NCBI GenBank assembly: GCA_963786935.1
Contig: CAWBAN010000002.1
Location: forward strand, 64,001 to 128,000
Origin: an uncultured bacterium
Lineage (GTDB): Bacteria > Krumholzibacteriota > Krumholzibacteriia > Krumholzibacteriales > Krumholzibacteriaceae
Direction: 5' to 3'
DNA: 64,000 bases
The notes beneath the pieces were generated by a model, which searched no databases, was not told the origin of the DNA, and saw nothing but the letters and a program-made list of their open reading frames with translations. Numbering within the stretch: the stretch's first letter is position 1; every line of letters begins with the position of its first letter. Positions 36,923-47,534 of the stretch are shown piece by piece. The translations under genes were made by a program, and so were the position numbers.

Positions 36923-38737
36923 ATGGACAAGAGATCGTTGGCAGCGATCGCGCTGACGTTCGTCATCCTGCTCGGCTGGCAGGCGTTCTTCGTGGCGCCC
37001 CAGCAGAAGAAGCTCGTCGCGAAGCGCGCGGCGGAGCTGCGCGAGAAGCAGCGCGCGGATTCGCTCGCCGCTCTCGAGGCGGGGAGCGCCGGAGAGGACA
37101 CGCTCTCGGTTTCGGGCGCTCCGGACACGACGGCCGCGGCGCCTGCGGCGGCCATGGCGCCGGCGGCAGCGACGGCGGAGGAGGGCGCGGCGGCGTTCTT
37201 CCGGCGCGGCGCCGGCGAGCCCGGCGCGGCGAAGATCACGGTCGTGACCGACCGGATGAAGGTCGTGCTCTCGAGCGTCGGCGGTGAGGTCGAGAGCGTC
37301 ACCTTCGACGGCTTCAAGCGGAAAGACGGAAGCTCCGTCGAGCTCATTCCCGAGGGGGCCGAGGGAGGGCTCGCGCTCGCCGTTCAGGAGAACGGCCGGT
37401 GGCGGAAGCTCTCCGGCCTCGGGTTCGAGGCCTTCGTGGACGGCGCGCCGGTGGCCGGCGACGCGAACGTCGTCCTCGGCGAAGGGCGCGAAACGGCGGA
37501 GATCGTTTTCAGGAGAACGGGGGCTTCGGGAGAGCGCGTCGAGAAGAAGCTCGCCTTCGCGCGCGGCGGCTACGCCGTGGGCGTCCGCGTCGCGATCGCC
37601 CGGGAAGGAGAGCTCGCCCGGAGCGCCGCGTATTCGCTCGGCTGGGAGGGCGGGCTCGCGCCGAGCGAGACCGACATCAGGCTGGAGCACAGCAAGTTCG
37701 CGGCGCTCGGCATGGTCGGGGCCGAGTACTATCAGGTGCCCTTGAGCAAGTTCTCCAAGGAGACGCGGCGCGCGTACGACGGAACCATCGTCTGGGCCGG
37801 GGCGCGGACGAAGTACTTCCTGAACGCGCTCGTCGCGGCGAAGGAGAACCGGGGATCGGGCACGCTGGCCCTCCTCGGCGAGCGGGACAAGGGCTACGTG
37901 GGCTACTCGATCGCCTATCCGTTCCGCGGCGATCCGCGCCAGAGCGAGGACTCGTACACGTGGTACGTCGGTCCCCTCGACATGAAGTCGCTCAAGGCGT
38001 TCGGCGTGGGGCTCGAGAGAACGATCGACCTCGGGCGGCTGCGGCCCCTGAGCGTCGGCATTCTCTGGCTCATGGTCTGGATGGAGCGGTTCATCCCGAA
38101 CTACGGAGTCGTCATCATCATCCTCTCCCTGCTGACGAAGCTCCTCTTCTACCGCCTCACGCACAAGAGCTTCAAGGCGATGAAGGACATGCAGCGCATT
38201 CAGCCGAAGCTCAAGGAAATTCAGGACAAATACAAGGGGGACCGCGACCGGCAGAACAAAGAGGTCATGAAGCTCTACAAGGAAGCGGGCGTCAATCCGC
38301 TCGGCGGGTGCCTGCCGCTCCTGCTCCAGATGCCGGTGTTCTTCGCCCTCTACAGCGTCCTGAGCAACACGATCGAGCTCCGGAACGCCCCGTTCGTGAG
38401 CTGGATCAACGACCTGTCGGCGCCGGACCGGCTCTTCGGATGGAAGACGCTGATCCCGATCATCGGCAACGAATTTCACCTGCTCCCCATTCTCATGGGC
38501 GGGGCGATGATCTACCAGTCGAAGATGGGCGGCTCGCCGACCGGGGAATCGGTGCCCGCGGCGCAGACCAAAATGATGACCTATCTCATGCCGGTCATCA
38601 TGACGGTGTTCTTCTACAGCATGCCGTCGGGGCTCGTGCTTTACTGGCTGGTCAACAACGTGGCAACCATCGTGCAGCAGCATATCGCGCAGAAGGAGCT
38701 CGACGCCGAGCAGGCGACGAAGCTCGCGGCGCAGTGA
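36923..38737 (+). CDS. yidC: Membrane protein insertase YidC
   Basis: NYGVVII, GVNPLGGCLP, QMP, ELRNAPF, WINDLS, PSGLVLYW. Confidence 0.97.
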   Translation: MDKRSLAAIALTFVILLGWQAFFVAPQQKKLVAKRAAELREKQRADSLAALEAGSAGEDTLSVSGAPDTTAAAPAAAMAPAAATAEEGAAAFFRRGAGEPGAAKITVVTDRMKVVLSSVGGEVESVTFDGFKRKDGSSVELIPEGAEGGLALAVQENGRWRKLSGLGFEAFVDGAPVAGDANVVLGEGRETAEIVFRRTGASGERVEKKLAFARGGYAVGVRVAIAREGELARSAAYSLGWEGGLAPSETDIRLEHSKFAALGMVGAEYYQVPLSKFSKETRRAYDGTIVWAGARTKYFLNALVAAKENRGSGTLALLGERDKGYVGYSIAYPFRGDPRQSEDSYTWYVGPLDMKSLKAFGVGLERTIDLGRLRPLSVGILWLMVWMERFIPNYGVVIIILSLLTKLLFYRLTHKSFKAMKDMQRIQPKLKEIQDKYKGDRDRQNKEVMKLYKEAGVNPLGGCLPLLLQMPVFFALYSVLSNTIELRNAPFVSWINDLSAPDRLFGWKTLIPIIGNEFHLLPILMGGAMIYQSKMGGSPTGESVPAAQTKMMTYLMPVIMTVFFYSMPSGLVLYWLVNNVATIVQQHIAQKELDAEQATKLAAQ

Positions 38738-38752
38738 AAGGCGGATAATCGC

Positions 38753-39472
38753 ATGGGAATATTCAAGGGCGATAAGGAAAAGAGCAAGGGTCGCGAAGAG
38801 GTCCGGACGGACAGCGTCGAAACGACCGGAAAAACCGTCGAAAAGGCGCTCGAGAAGGGGCTCGAAAGCCTCCACGCGCACATCGACGAGGTCGAGATCA
38901 AGATCCTCGACCCCGGGCAGAAGGGCGTTCTCAGCATATTCGGCTCGCGCGACGCGAAGATCCGCGTCACGCGCAAGAAATCGTCGAGCGGCGTCGAGGA
39001 GGTCGTCGACGAGATCACGCGCGCGATCATGGAATGCCTCGACGTGAACTACCGGCTCTTCTCCGAGGATCAGGACGGGACGACGTACATCAACGTCGAG
39101 ACGGCGGGCGTGGACGGGCTCCTCATCGGCCGCAAGGGGGACACGCTGACCTCGCTGCAGCACCTCGTCGGCAGGATCGTGTCCAAGAGGCTCGGGGGCT
39201 ATCAGCGGCTGACGCTGGACGTCGGCGGCTACCTGCGGAACCGCCACGAGATTTTGAAGCAGAAGGCCGTCAAGGCCGCCGAAAAGGCGAAAAAGAGCAA
39301 CCATGACGTGACGCTCGAGCCGATGTACGCGTCCGAGCGGCGCGTCGTCCACCTGGCGCTCGCCAATCTCGAGGGCATCACGACGTATACGATCGGCAAC
39401 GGCGATCTTCGCAAGGTCTGCATATCGCCGGCGAAGGCGGAGGACGGCAAGCGGCAGCAGGGCAGCCGCTGA
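38753..39472 (+). CDS. jag: Jag/KhpB/EloR RNA-binding protein
   Basis: Jag_N 'GKTVEKAL', KH 'LIGRKG', R3H 'ERRVVH'. Confidence 0.9.
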   Translation: MGIFKGDKEKSKGREEVRTDSVETTGKTVEKALEKGLESLHAHIDEVEIKILDPGQKGVLSIFGSRDAKIRVTRKKSSSGVEEVVDEITRAIMECLDVNYRLFSEDQDGTTYINVETAGVDGLLIGRKGDTLTSLQHLVGRIVSKRLGGYQRLTLDVGGYLRNRHEILKQKAVKAAEKAKKSNHDVTLEPMYASERRVVHLALANLEGITTYTIGNGDLRKVCISPAKAEDGKRQQGSR

Positions 39473-39478
39473 CGGATC

Positions 39479-40846
39479 ATGGAAAACGACACCATCGCCG
39501 CGCTCAGCACCCCGCCGGGCGAGTCGGGGATCGCTGTCGTGCGCATCTCGGGAAGCGCGGCCGTGCGCATCCTCGACGCGATGGCCCCGGGGGCCCGCGA
39601 GCTTCCCCCCCGCACCCTCTCCCTCGTCACGCTCAGGGACGCGGGCGGAGAGCCGATCGACGAGGCGTTCGCCGCCGTCATGCGCGCCCCCGCGAGCTAC
39701 ACGGGCGAGGACATGGCGGAGATCTCGTGCCACGGGAGCATGCAGGCCGTCTCCGATCTCCTCGACGAAATCGTTCGGCTCGGAGCCCGCGTCGCCGCCC
39801 CGGGCGAGTTCACGAAGCGGGCGTTTCTCAACGGCAAACTGGATCTCGCGCAGGCGGAAGCGGTCGTCGATCTCATCGCCGCCGAGACGAAGCTGCAGCG
39901 CCGGGTGGCGCTCGAGCAGCTCGGCGGCGCGCTCTCGCGCAAGGTGCGCGCCCTCGAGGAGGCGCTCCTCGACGAGCTCGCGAACATCGAGGTGTCGATC
40001 GATTTCTCCGAAGAGGAGCTCGCCGTTCGTTCCCCGCGTGAAACGCGCGAGGAGGCCCGCCGCGCGCGCGCCGCGATCGCCGCGCTCCTGGAATCCGAGA
40101 TCGCGGGCGAGCGGCTCCGCCGCGGCATCCGCGTGACGATCCTCGGCGCCCGCAACGTCGGCAAGAGCAGCCTCTACAACGCGCTCATCGGCGAGGAGCG
40201 CGCCATCGTCTCCCCCGTCGCCGGCACGACGAGGGATATTCTCCACGAACGGATGCACGTCGGCGGATTCACGTGCCGCCTGGAAGACACGGCGGGCATC
40301 GCGGAAACGCGATGCGAGATCGAGGCGAAGGGAATCGAGATCGCGCGGGCGGCGGCGCTGGAGGCGGACCTCGTGCTCTTCGTCATCGACGGCAGCGCGG
40401 AGATTTCCGAAGAGACCGTGGATGAAATCGGCAGGATCGATGCGGAAAAGGTGCTCTGCGTGCTCAACAAGAGCGATCTGGGGCTGCGGACCTCGCCGGA
40501 GGCGGCCCGCGAAAGGCTCGGCCTGCGGGAGGCGGTCGCCGTCTCGGCGCTCGAGCGCCGGGGGCTCGACGAGCTGCGAGCGCGGATCTTCGAAAAGGCG
40601 GTCGGACGATCCGCGCGGGATCTCGACCGCGAGCGCATCGCGGTGAATGCGCGGCAGGCCGCGGCGCTTCGCGAGGCGGACGAGGCGCTGGCGCGGCTCG
40701 AGACCGCGATCGAGGAAGGCGCGTCGGCGGAAATCCTGAGCGTCGAAACGAGGTGCGCGCTCGATTCGCTCGGAGAAATCTCGGGGCGGTCCATGTCGGC
40801 CGGCCTGCTCGAGACCATATTCGCGAAATTCTGTATCGGGAAGTAG
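39479..40846 (+). CDS. mnmE: tRNA modification GTPase MnmE
   Basis: DTIAALSTP, SYTGED, GEFTKRAFLNGK, GTTRD, DTAG, C-terminal FCIGK. Confidence 0.97.
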   Translation: MENDTIAALSTPPGESGIAVVRISGSAAVRILDAMAPGARELPPRTLSLVTLRDAGGEPIDEAFAAVMRAPASYTGEDMAEISCHGSMQAVSDLLDEIVRLGARVAAPGEFTKRAFLNGKLDLAQAEAVVDLIAAETKLQRRVALEQLGGALSRKVRALEEALLDELANIEVSIDFSEEELAVRSPRETREEARRARAAIAALLESEIAGERLRRGIRVTILGARNVGKSSLYNALIGEERAIVSPVAGTTRDILHERMHVGGFTCRLEDTAGIAETRCEIEAKGIEIARAAALEADLVLFVIDGSAEISEETVDEIGRIDAEKVLCVLNKSDLGLRTSPEAARERLGLREAVAVSALERRGLDELRARIFEKAVGRSARDLDRERIAVNARQAAALREADEALARLETAIEEGASAEILSVETRCALDSLGEISGRSMSAGLLETIFAKFCIGK

Positions 40847-40914
40847 CGCCGCCGGGAAAGTTTACAACCTAACAATATGTGAATTAATAACATGCGGCGT
40901 ATTTTATAATTATT

Positions 40915-42933
40915 ATGATTAAATTAAGGAAGTCCGATTTCGATGTCATTGTCGTCGGCGCCGGGCATGCGGGGTGCGAGGCGGCGCTGGCGGCGAGCAG
41001 AATGGGCCATGGAACCCTGCTCGTCACGATGAGCCGGGAGCAAATCGCGCGAATGCCCTGCAATCCGGCAATCGGCGGGCTCGCCAAAGGCCAACTCGTG
41101 CGGGAGGTCGACGCGCTCGGCGGCGAAATGGGGCTCGCGATCGACGAGACGGGGATCCAGTTCCGTATGCTGAACCGCGCGAAGGGGCCCGCCGTGTGGT
41201 CTCCGCGGGCGCAGGCGGACAAACGCGCCTATCACCTCCGCATGCTCGCGGCCCTGGAAAATGCAGCCGATCTCGTCCTCCTCGAGGCGGCGGCGACGGC
41301 CGTTCTCGCGCGGAACGGGGCGGTCGAAGGGATCGAGGTCGCCGGGGAAAAGCGGTATCTGGCGCCGCGGGTCATTCTGGCCCTCGGGACATTTCCCAAC
41401 GGCCTCATGCATATCGGGGAGGAGAGCTTTCCGGGCGGGCGCGAAGGGGAGCCTCCCTCCCGCGGGCTCGCGGAGCAGCTCGTCGCCCTCGGGATCGAGC
41501 GCGGCAGGCTCAAGACGGGCACGCCTGCGCGGCTTGCGAGGGGCAGCATCGATTTCTCGCGCTGCGAGGCGCAGGACGGAGACCGCCGGCCCTCTCCTTT
41601 TTCCTTCAGAACAAAGGTGATGAACGTCCTTCAGGTGCCCTGCCACATCACTTACACCAACGCGCGGACGCACGAGATCATACGCGGAAACCTGGACAGG
41701 TCCCCCCTCTACGCCGGGCGTATCAGGGGAATCGGCCCGCGATACTGCCCGTCCATCGAGGATAAGGTCGTGCGATTCGCGGACCGGGGGCGGCACCAGC
41801 TCTTCCTCGAGCCCGAGGGGCGCGAATCCGACGAGATCTACGTCAACGGGCTCTCGACGAGCCTCCCGCGCGACGTGCAGGACGAGATGATCCATTCGAT
41901 CGCGGGGCTCGAGGAGGCCGAGGTCGTCCGGCACGGCTACGCGATAGAATACGATTTCTACCCGCCGCACCAGATCTTCCCGACGCTCGAATCCCGCAGA
42001 ATCGCGGGGCTCTACTTCGCGGGACAGGTGAACGGCACCTCCGGGTACGAAGAGGCGGCGGCGCAGGGGATTCTCGCCGGCATAAACGCCGCGCGAAGCC
42101 TCGCCGGCGGGGATCCGCTCGTGCTCGGCCGGCACGAGGCATACGCCGGCGTTCTCGTCGACGACCTCGTGACGAAAGAGATCGACGAGCCGTACCGCAT
42201 GTTCACGTCCCGGGCGGAGCACCGGCTCGTGCTGCGGCAGGACAACGCGGACGAGCGGCTCTTCAAGCACGCCTTTCGATGCGGGCTTCTGCCGCACGCG
42301 CTCTGGGAAGACATGATCGCGAGCCGGAAGCGCGTGGCGCGGGCGCGGAGAGAGGGCGAGCGGCGCACGCTGGGCGTGGAAGAATGCAGCCGGATTCTTG
42401 CGGAAAAAGGCCTCGGGAGCGCTCCCTCCCCGCTCCGGATCGCGCAACTGCTCCAGCGCCCCGGCATTTCGGTCGCGGACATCGAGGGCGCGCGATCGGC
42501 GGGGGACGCTGACGCTCCCGCAAAGGCGGCGAGCGCTGATGTTCCCGCAAAGGGGTTGGGCGCGGCCGGCGCTCCTTTTGCCGGGCTTTCGCCGCGGGAG
42601 AAGGAGACGCTCGAGATTCAAATCAAGTATGACGGCTACATCCGCAGGCAGAAGCGGCTCGCGGAACGGATGCTGAAGATCGAAAGAGTGCGGATCCCCG
42701 AAGATTTTTCCTACAATATCGAGGCCCTCAGCGCCGAAGCGAGGCTCAAGCTCGAGAAATTCAAGCCCACGACGCTCGCCCGGGCGTCTAGAATATCCGG
42801 CGTGCGGTCGTCGGACCTCTCGATCCTCATGATTCATCTCGAAAAGCGCGAGCGCGTCGCCGCAAACAGCGCGGGGCGCGTCGGTGAGCGGAAGGCCGCG
42901 CGCCGACGGGCACGGAACGGCGGGAAGGTATGA
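40915..42933 (+). CDS. mnmG: tRNA uridine 5-carboxymethylaminomethyl modification enzyme
   Basis: GAGHAGCEAA, CNPAIGG, KTGTP, RYCPSIEDK, GTSGYEEAAAQG. Confidence 0.98.
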   Translation: MIKLRKSDFDVIVVGAGHAGCEAALAASRMGHGTLLVTMSREQIARMPCNPAIGGLAKGQLVREVDALGGEMGLAIDETGIQFRMLNRAKGPAVWSPRAQADKRAYHLRMLAALENAADLVLLEAAATAVLARNGAVEGIEVAGEKRYLAPRVILALGTFPNGLMHIGEESFPGGREGEPPSRGLAEQLVALGIERGRLKTGTPARLARGSIDFSRCEAQDGDRRPSPFSFRTKVMNVLQVPCHITYTNARTHEIIRGNLDRSPLYAGRIRGIGPRYCPSIEDKVVRFADRGRHQLFLEPEGRESDEIYVNGLSTSLPRDVQDEMIHSIAGLEEAEVVRHGYAIEYDFYPPHQIFPTLESRRIAGLYFAGQVNGTSGYEEAAAQGILAGINAARSLAGGDPLVLGRHEAYAGVLVDDLVTKEIDEPYRMFTSRAEHRLVLRQDNADERLFKHAFRCGLLPHALWEDMIASRKRVARARREGERRTLGVEECSRILAEKGLGSAPSPLRIAQLLQRPGISVADIEGARSAGDADAPAKAASADVPAKGLGAAGAPFAGLSPREKETLEIQIKYDGYIRRQKRLAERMLKIERVRIPEDFSYNIEALSAEARLKLEKFKPTTLARASRISGVRSSDLSILMIHLEKRERVAANSAGRVGERKAARRRARNGGKV

Positions 42934-43574
42934 GCGGCGAAAAAAGCGAAATAATCGCGGCTTCCGCGCTTCGGCGCGCGGGATTCGTGGTCACGGCGCC
43001 CGAAACCGTCGAAATGCTCACCCGCTACCTCCGCGAGGTGGATTACTGGAGCGGGAAGATGCACCTCGTCGGCAAGGGGCGCCTCGGAGCCAGCATCGAG
43101 GTTCTCGCGCTCGATTCGCTCGCGCTCCTGAGCGCCGTGGAAGTGAGCGGGATCGCGGCCGGCAGAGCGGCGGACATCGGTTCCGGCGCGGGATTCCCCG
43201 GGCTGGTGTGGAAGATCGTGCGGCCGGGGATGCAGATGACGCTCTTCGAACGCAGGCTCAAGCCGCAGCTGTTTCTCGAAAGAACAGTGGCGACGCTCGG
43301 CCTCGCGGGGATCTCGGTGATCGGAGACGATGCGGCGAACTGCGCGGACGTGGGCTCATTCGATCTCGTCGCCTCGAAGGCCGCGGGAAGGCTCGGCGAG
43401 ATGCTCCCCCTGGCGGAGAGGCTTCTCGTGCCCGGCGGCGGATACGCCACGCTCAAGGGGCGGGTATGGAAGAGCGAGGTGCCGGAGCGTTTTCAATCCT
43501 CGATGGAGCTGGTATCGGCCGTCGAGCTCCCCGAAAAGCGCGGCGCCGCCTTGATTTTCCGCAAAAAACCCTGA
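42930..43574 (+). CDS. rsmG: 16S rRNA m7G527 methyltransferase
   Basis: DSL, DIGSGAGFPG; follows mnmG. Confidence 0.88.
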   Translation: MSGEKSEIIAASALRRAGFVVTAPETVEMLTRYLREVDYWSGKMHLVGKGRLGASIEVLALDSLALLSAVEVSGIAAGRAADIGSGAGFPGLVWKIVRPGMQMTLFERRLKPQLFLERTVATLGLAGISVIGDDAANCADVGSFDLVASKAAGRLGEMLPLAERLLVPGGGYATLKGRVWKSEVPERFQSSMELVSAVELPEKRGAALIFRKKP

Positions 43575-43581
43575 TTCCGGG

Positions 43582-43597
43582 TGTTTCACGTGAAACA
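43582..43597. promoter_or_regulatory. parS: parS site 1
   Basis: Perfect palindrome TGTTTCACGTGAAACA. Confidence 0.95.
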
Positions 43598-43635
43598 CGA
43601 GCCGCTGGGAACCAGCCGGGGGCCGCGCCCTCCGC

Positions 43636-43651
43636 TGTTTCACGTGAAACA
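43636..43651. promoter_or_regulatory. parS: parS site 2
   Basis: Perfect palindrome TGTTTCACGTGAAACA. Confidence 0.95.
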
Positions 43652-43750
43652 AATAACCCGGAAAGCCTTTCGCGCGGCGCTTTTTCCGTTGCTTTCCCCC
43701 CGCACGAAATCTATAATGCCATTGACCCCGCCTCTCTCAAGGAGGAGGCT

Positions 43751-45046
43751 ATGAAAACCACCAAATTCTATCTGCTTGCAGTGTCGGCAATTATCTCTTT
43801 TGCGCTGGCGCTGGCCGGTTGCGAAAGCAAGGTCAAGGTCGCCAACACGGATCCCGGCGATCTCACGCTCAGCGTGAGCAAGTGCTTCATCGAGAAGGGG
43901 GGCACGATAACGTGCAGCGGAAGCGCGACCGATGACGACGGCGATCCGCTCACGTTCAAATGGACGGCGACGGCCGGGACCTTTACGCCCGCGTCGGGCG
44001 AGGGGACGAGCGTGCAGTGGACGGCGCCCAACTCGCCGGCCGCCGTGACGATCACAATGGCCGTAACAGATGAAATAGTAACGGTTAAGAAGACACAGGC
44101 AGTCACGGCCTGCGCTCCCGTCCAGAGCTCGATCATCGCCGATGCGACGCTCGCGAACACGGGCGCCGTCTATATCGTCAAGAACACGGACCTGCTCCCC
44201 ATCTCCTCGGCTGCCACGCTTACTATCGAGCCGGGCGTGACGATTGTGTTCGATAACCCATCGTCGGGATTTCTCGCGGAGGGGCGTATCGTCGCCGAAG
44301 GCACCTCGAGCGAGAAGATCCGATTCCGTGGGAACACGTGCGGCTCGAGCACCGGCCTCTGGGACGGCATTTATATAACGGAAAGCTATGGCAGGGCGAG
44401 CTTCCGGCACGTGGAGCTCACCGCGAGCTCGGACGGGATACGGCTAGACGGGGGCGCGCAGCTCACGATGGCCGAGTCGGCGGTGTACGATAACACCAAC
44501 ATGGGCATCAGCCTCGTCGGCAATCTCACGACGGCTACCATCCGCGGCTGCGAAATCTGGGATAACGGCATCGGGATCGAAATATCGAACGCCACCGTCG
44601 ACATCAGCGGGACATCGATAAACTACAACCTCGGCAGCGGCGTCAGAATTGCGTATTCGCTCGACGAAACGAAAGTGACGATAGACAGCAGCACGGTCGC
44701 GGACAACGGAGAAGACGGCTTCCTGCTCTCGAACCTCGCCGCTCCCGAGATCCATTACTGCACGATAAGCGCCAACGGCGTGGAGTCCGGATATGGCTAC
44801 GCGATACGGCTCGCCGGCTACGCGGGCGGAGACACGATCCACGCGGAGAACAACTTCTGGGGCGTCGGGAACACGACGGCGCAGAAGATCGGGCTCGTGA
44901 TCCACGACGGCAATGACGCAGCGGGCCTGCCGTACGTCGGCATCGCACCGTGGCTCGCCGAGAGCCCCGGCATGCTCGGGACCGTCCCCGCGCCGCGGGG
45001 CGACGCGGCGATCGCAAAATCGAAAGAGAGAGAATGGGCAAGATAA
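43751..45046 (+). CDS. Lipoprotein with PKD/Ig-like domain and right-handed parallel beta-helix repeats
   Basis: GGAGGAGG RBS, lipobox LAGC, '[13 protein letters not shown]', 'LTIEPGV', N/G-I repeats, 'AENNFWG'. Confidence 0.75.
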   Translation: MKTTKFYLLAVSAIISFALALAGCESKVKVANTDPGDLTLSVSKCFIEKGGTITCSGSATDDDGDPLTFKWTATAGTFTPASGEGTSVQWTAPNSPAAVTITMAVTDEIVTVKKTQAVTACAPVQSSIIADATLANTGAVYIVKNTDLLPISSAATLTIEPGVTIVFDNPSSGFLAEGRIVAEGTSSEKIRFRGNTCGSSTGLWDGIYITESYGRASFRHVELTASSDGIRLDGGAQLTMAESAVYDNTNMGISLVGNLTTATIRGCEIWDNGIGIEISNATVDISGTSINYNLGSGVRIAYSLDETKVTIDSSTVADNGEDGFLLSNLAAPEIHYCTISANGVESGYGYAIRLAGYAGGDTIHAENNFWGVGNTTAQKIGLVIHDGNDAAGLPYVGIAPWLAESPGMLGTVPAPRGDAAIAKSKEREWAR

Positions 45047-45873
45047 TCGCGATAGCGAATCAGAAGGGGGGCGTCGGAAAGACGACGACCGCCGTGAATC
45101 TCGCGGCGAGCGTCGGGGCCGCCGAGAAGAAGGTGCTCCTCGTCGACATCGATCCGCAGGCGAACGCGAGCAGCGGATTCGGCGTCCGCGCGGGCGCGGG
45201 GGAATTAACTGTTTATGAAGTTATCCTCGGCGGCGCGAGCGCGCGGGAGGCGGTGCGGAAGGTCGAGCTCGTCGATCTGATCCCGTCCCAGCCGAAGCTC
45301 ATCGGCGCCGAGATCGAGCTCGTCTCGCAGATCGCCCGCGAGTACAAGCTCAAGGAAGCGCTCGCCGATATTCAGAAGGATTACGATTTCGTCTTCATCG
45401 ATTCGCCGCCGAGCCTCGGGCTCCTCACGCTCAACACCCTCACGGCGGCCGACTCCGTGCTGATTCCGATTCAATGCGAGTATTACGCGCTCGAGGGATT
45501 GAGCCAGCTCCTCAGCACCATTCGCATGGTTCAGAAGCATCTCAATCCCGATCTCAGGATCGAAGGGGTGCTCCTCACGATGTTCGACAAGCGACTCAAC
45601 CTTTCGAACCAGGTGGCGCAGGAAGCCATATCTTATTTCGGGGAAAAGGTTTACGAGACCGCAATACCCCGCAACGTCCGGCTCAGCGAGTGCCCGTCCT
45701 TCGGCCGCCCCGTCCTTCTCTACGACGTTTCGAGCGCCGGAGCCAAGAGCTATCTCAAGCTGGCGAAGGAGCTGATCGAACGGCAGGACGGCCATGTCGA
45801 GACCAAGGACAAGCTCACCCCCCTGATCGAGACGAGCAAAAAAGCGAGCGAAGGAAGGTGGCAGCCGAAATGA
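45034..45873 (+). CDS. parA: Chromosome partitioning ATPase ParA/Soj
   Basis: [40 protein letters not shown]. Confidence 0.97.
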   Translation: MGKIIAIANQKGGVGKTTTAVNLAASVGAAEKKVLLVDIDPQANASSGFGVRAGAGELTVYEVILGGASAREAVRKVELVDLIPSQPKLIGAEIELVSQIAREYKLKEALADIQKDYDFVFIDSPPSLGLLTLNTLTAADSVLIPIQCEYYALEGLSQLLSTIRMVQKHLNPDLRIEGVLLTMFDKRLNLSNQVAQEAISYFGEKVYETAIPRNVRLSECPSFGRPVLLYDVSSAGAKSYLKLAKELIERQDGHVETKDKLTPLIETSKKASEGRWQPK

Positions 45874-46724
45874 AGAAGGTGCTCGGGCGCGGGATCGAAG
45901 CCTTGATTTCGCAGGATCTCCGGGAGAGCGTCTCGGAGACGGAGCGGGTCAAGGATCTCGACATCGAACACATCGATCCGAATCCCCGTCAGCCGCGGGA
46001 GCATTTCGACGGTGAGCACCTGGGCGAGCTCGCCGAGTCGATCAGGCAGAACGGCGTGCTGCAGCCGATCGTGGTGCGGCGCGTCGAGGGACGCTACGAG
46101 CTCGTCCTCGGCGAGCGGCGCCTGCGCGCGGCCAAGCTCGCGGGGCGCGCGACGATCCCCGCCATCGTGCGCGAGGTGGACGACGCCGACTCGCTCCGGC
46201 ACGCGCTCATGGAGAATCTCCAGCGCGAGGATCTGAATCCGATGGAGGAGGCGCGCGGGTATCAGGCGCTCAAGGACGGCTTCGGGCTCCCGGTCGCCGA
46301 CATCGCCGCGATGATCGGGAAGAACCGGAGCACCGTCGCGAACAGCATGCGGCTCCTCAACCTCCCCGACGTGGTCAAGACGCTCATCGTCGAGGGAAAG
46401 CTCACGGCGGGGCACGCGCGGGCGCTGCTGGCGATCGAAGGGGAAGAGGCGCAGATCGAATGGGCGCGCCGGATCGTGAGCGAGAGCCTCACCGTGCGGG
46501 AGATCGAGCGCACGGCGCCGGGCAAGCCGCGCGGGAAAAAGCGCCGCGGCCCGCGGAAGATGTCCCCGCAGCTCCAGGCGGTCGAAGACGCGATCGAAAC
46601 CCATCTCGGCACGCGCGCGAAGATCGTGCCGCGGACGAAGGGCGGCATCATCTGGATCGAGTATTATTCGGACGAGGAGCTCGAGAGCGTTCTCGAGAGA
46701 ATGGGAATCGAGCTTCCGCGATAG
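45870..46724 (+). CDS. parB: Chromosome partitioning protein ParB/Spo0J
   Basis: [36 protein letters not shown]. Confidence 0.97.
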   Translation: MKKVLGRGIEALISQDLRESVSETERVKDLDIEHIDPNPRQPREHFDGEHLGELAESIRQNGVLQPIVVRRVEGRYELVLGERRLRAAKLAGRATIPAIVREVDDADSLRHALMENLQREDLNPMEEARGYQALKDGFGLPVADIAAMIGKNRSTVANSMRLLNLPDVVKTLIVEGKLTAGHARALLAIEGEEAQIEWARRIVSESLTVREIERTAPGKPRGKKRRGPRKMSPQLQAVEDAIETHLGTRAKIVPRTKGGIIWIEYYSDEELESVLERMGIELPR

Positions 46725-46745
46725 GGCGGCTCGCCGGCGCGCGGT

Positions 46746-47525
46746 ATGGATAAGGGAAGATTCTCGATAATCATCGTTCCGCACGATCTCAAGAAGACGC
46801 GCACGGTGCGCCTGCCGTACACGCTCTTCTACGCGATCGTCGGGGTTCTCGCCGCGGGCGTGGCGATTCTGGTCGTCTTCGCGGCGACCTACGGCGCGCT
46901 CCTCCTCAAGGTGCAGGAGGGGCGGATGTACAAGCACCAGCTCGACGAGATGCGGAAGCGCCAGGAGAAGGTCGTCGAGATTCAGCGGAACGTGGCTCAG
47001 CTGCGCGCGATGAACATGCAGGTGCGCCGGATGCTCGGGCTCGTCGTGACGCCCGCGGACAGCATCGCGATGAACGAGGTCGAGCGCGGCGAGTCGACGA
47101 TGCCCGAGGGGCTCCGGCGGGAGCAGGCCGCCATGCTGCGGGCGATCCCGACCTTCTGGCCGGTGCGCGGATACATCACGAAGCGGTTCAGCGCGGCCGA
47201 GGGGGAGCGGGAGACGATCTTTCACGGCGGGCTGGATATCGCGGTCGACAAGGGCACGCCGGTGCGCGCCGCCGCGTCGGGCTACGCGGCGGAAACGGGA
47301 TGGAACGATTCGTACGGCTACTACGCGCAGATTGACCACGGCTACGGAATAAAAACGCTTTACGCGCACCTCGACATGCTGGTAGTCTCCAAGGGGGAGC
47401 GCGTGGCGCAGGGACAGACCATCGCGTATTCGGGCAACACGGGGAGAAGCACGGCGCCCCATCTGCATTTTCAGGTGACGCAGAATAACGTCCCCGTGGA
47501 CCCGTTGAAATATCTGCTGCAATAG
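46746..47525 (+). CDS. M23 family metallopeptidase with TM and coiled coil
   Basis: HGGLD, YAHL, GNTGRSTAPHLHF. Confidence 0.9.
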   Translation: MDKGRFSIIIVPHDLKKTRTVRLPYTLFYAIVGVLAAGVAILVVFAATYGALLLKVQEGRMYKHQLDEMRKRQEKVVEIQRNVAQLRAMNMQVRRMLGLVVTPADSIAMNEVERGESTMPEGLRREQAAMLRAIPTFWPVRGYITKRFSAAEGERETIFHGGLDIAVDKGTPVRAAASGYAAETGWNDSYGYYAQIDHGYGIKTLYAHLDMLVVSKGERVAQGQTIAYSGNTGRSTAPHLHFQVTQNNVPVDPLKYLLQ

Positions 47526-47534
47526 GGGGGGAAT

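Noticed and set aside
40030..40045. Third parS inside mnmE (also a half-site near 53973)
   Set aside because: Only about 11/16 match or a single arm; not palindromic.
36788..40258. 1156-aa minus-strand ORF
   Set aside because: Antisense shadow of yidC-jag-mnmE.
40855..40925. Very AT-rich patch as a foreign insertion or unwinding element
   Set aside because: It is short, has no DnaA boxes or trios, and is best explained as the mnmG promoter and translation-initiation region.
42884..43750. N-terminal part of the 720-aa ORF 42884..45046
   Set aside because: It overlaps rsmG out of frame and crosses the parS sites; the real start is ATG 43751 with a strong RBS and lipoprotein signal.
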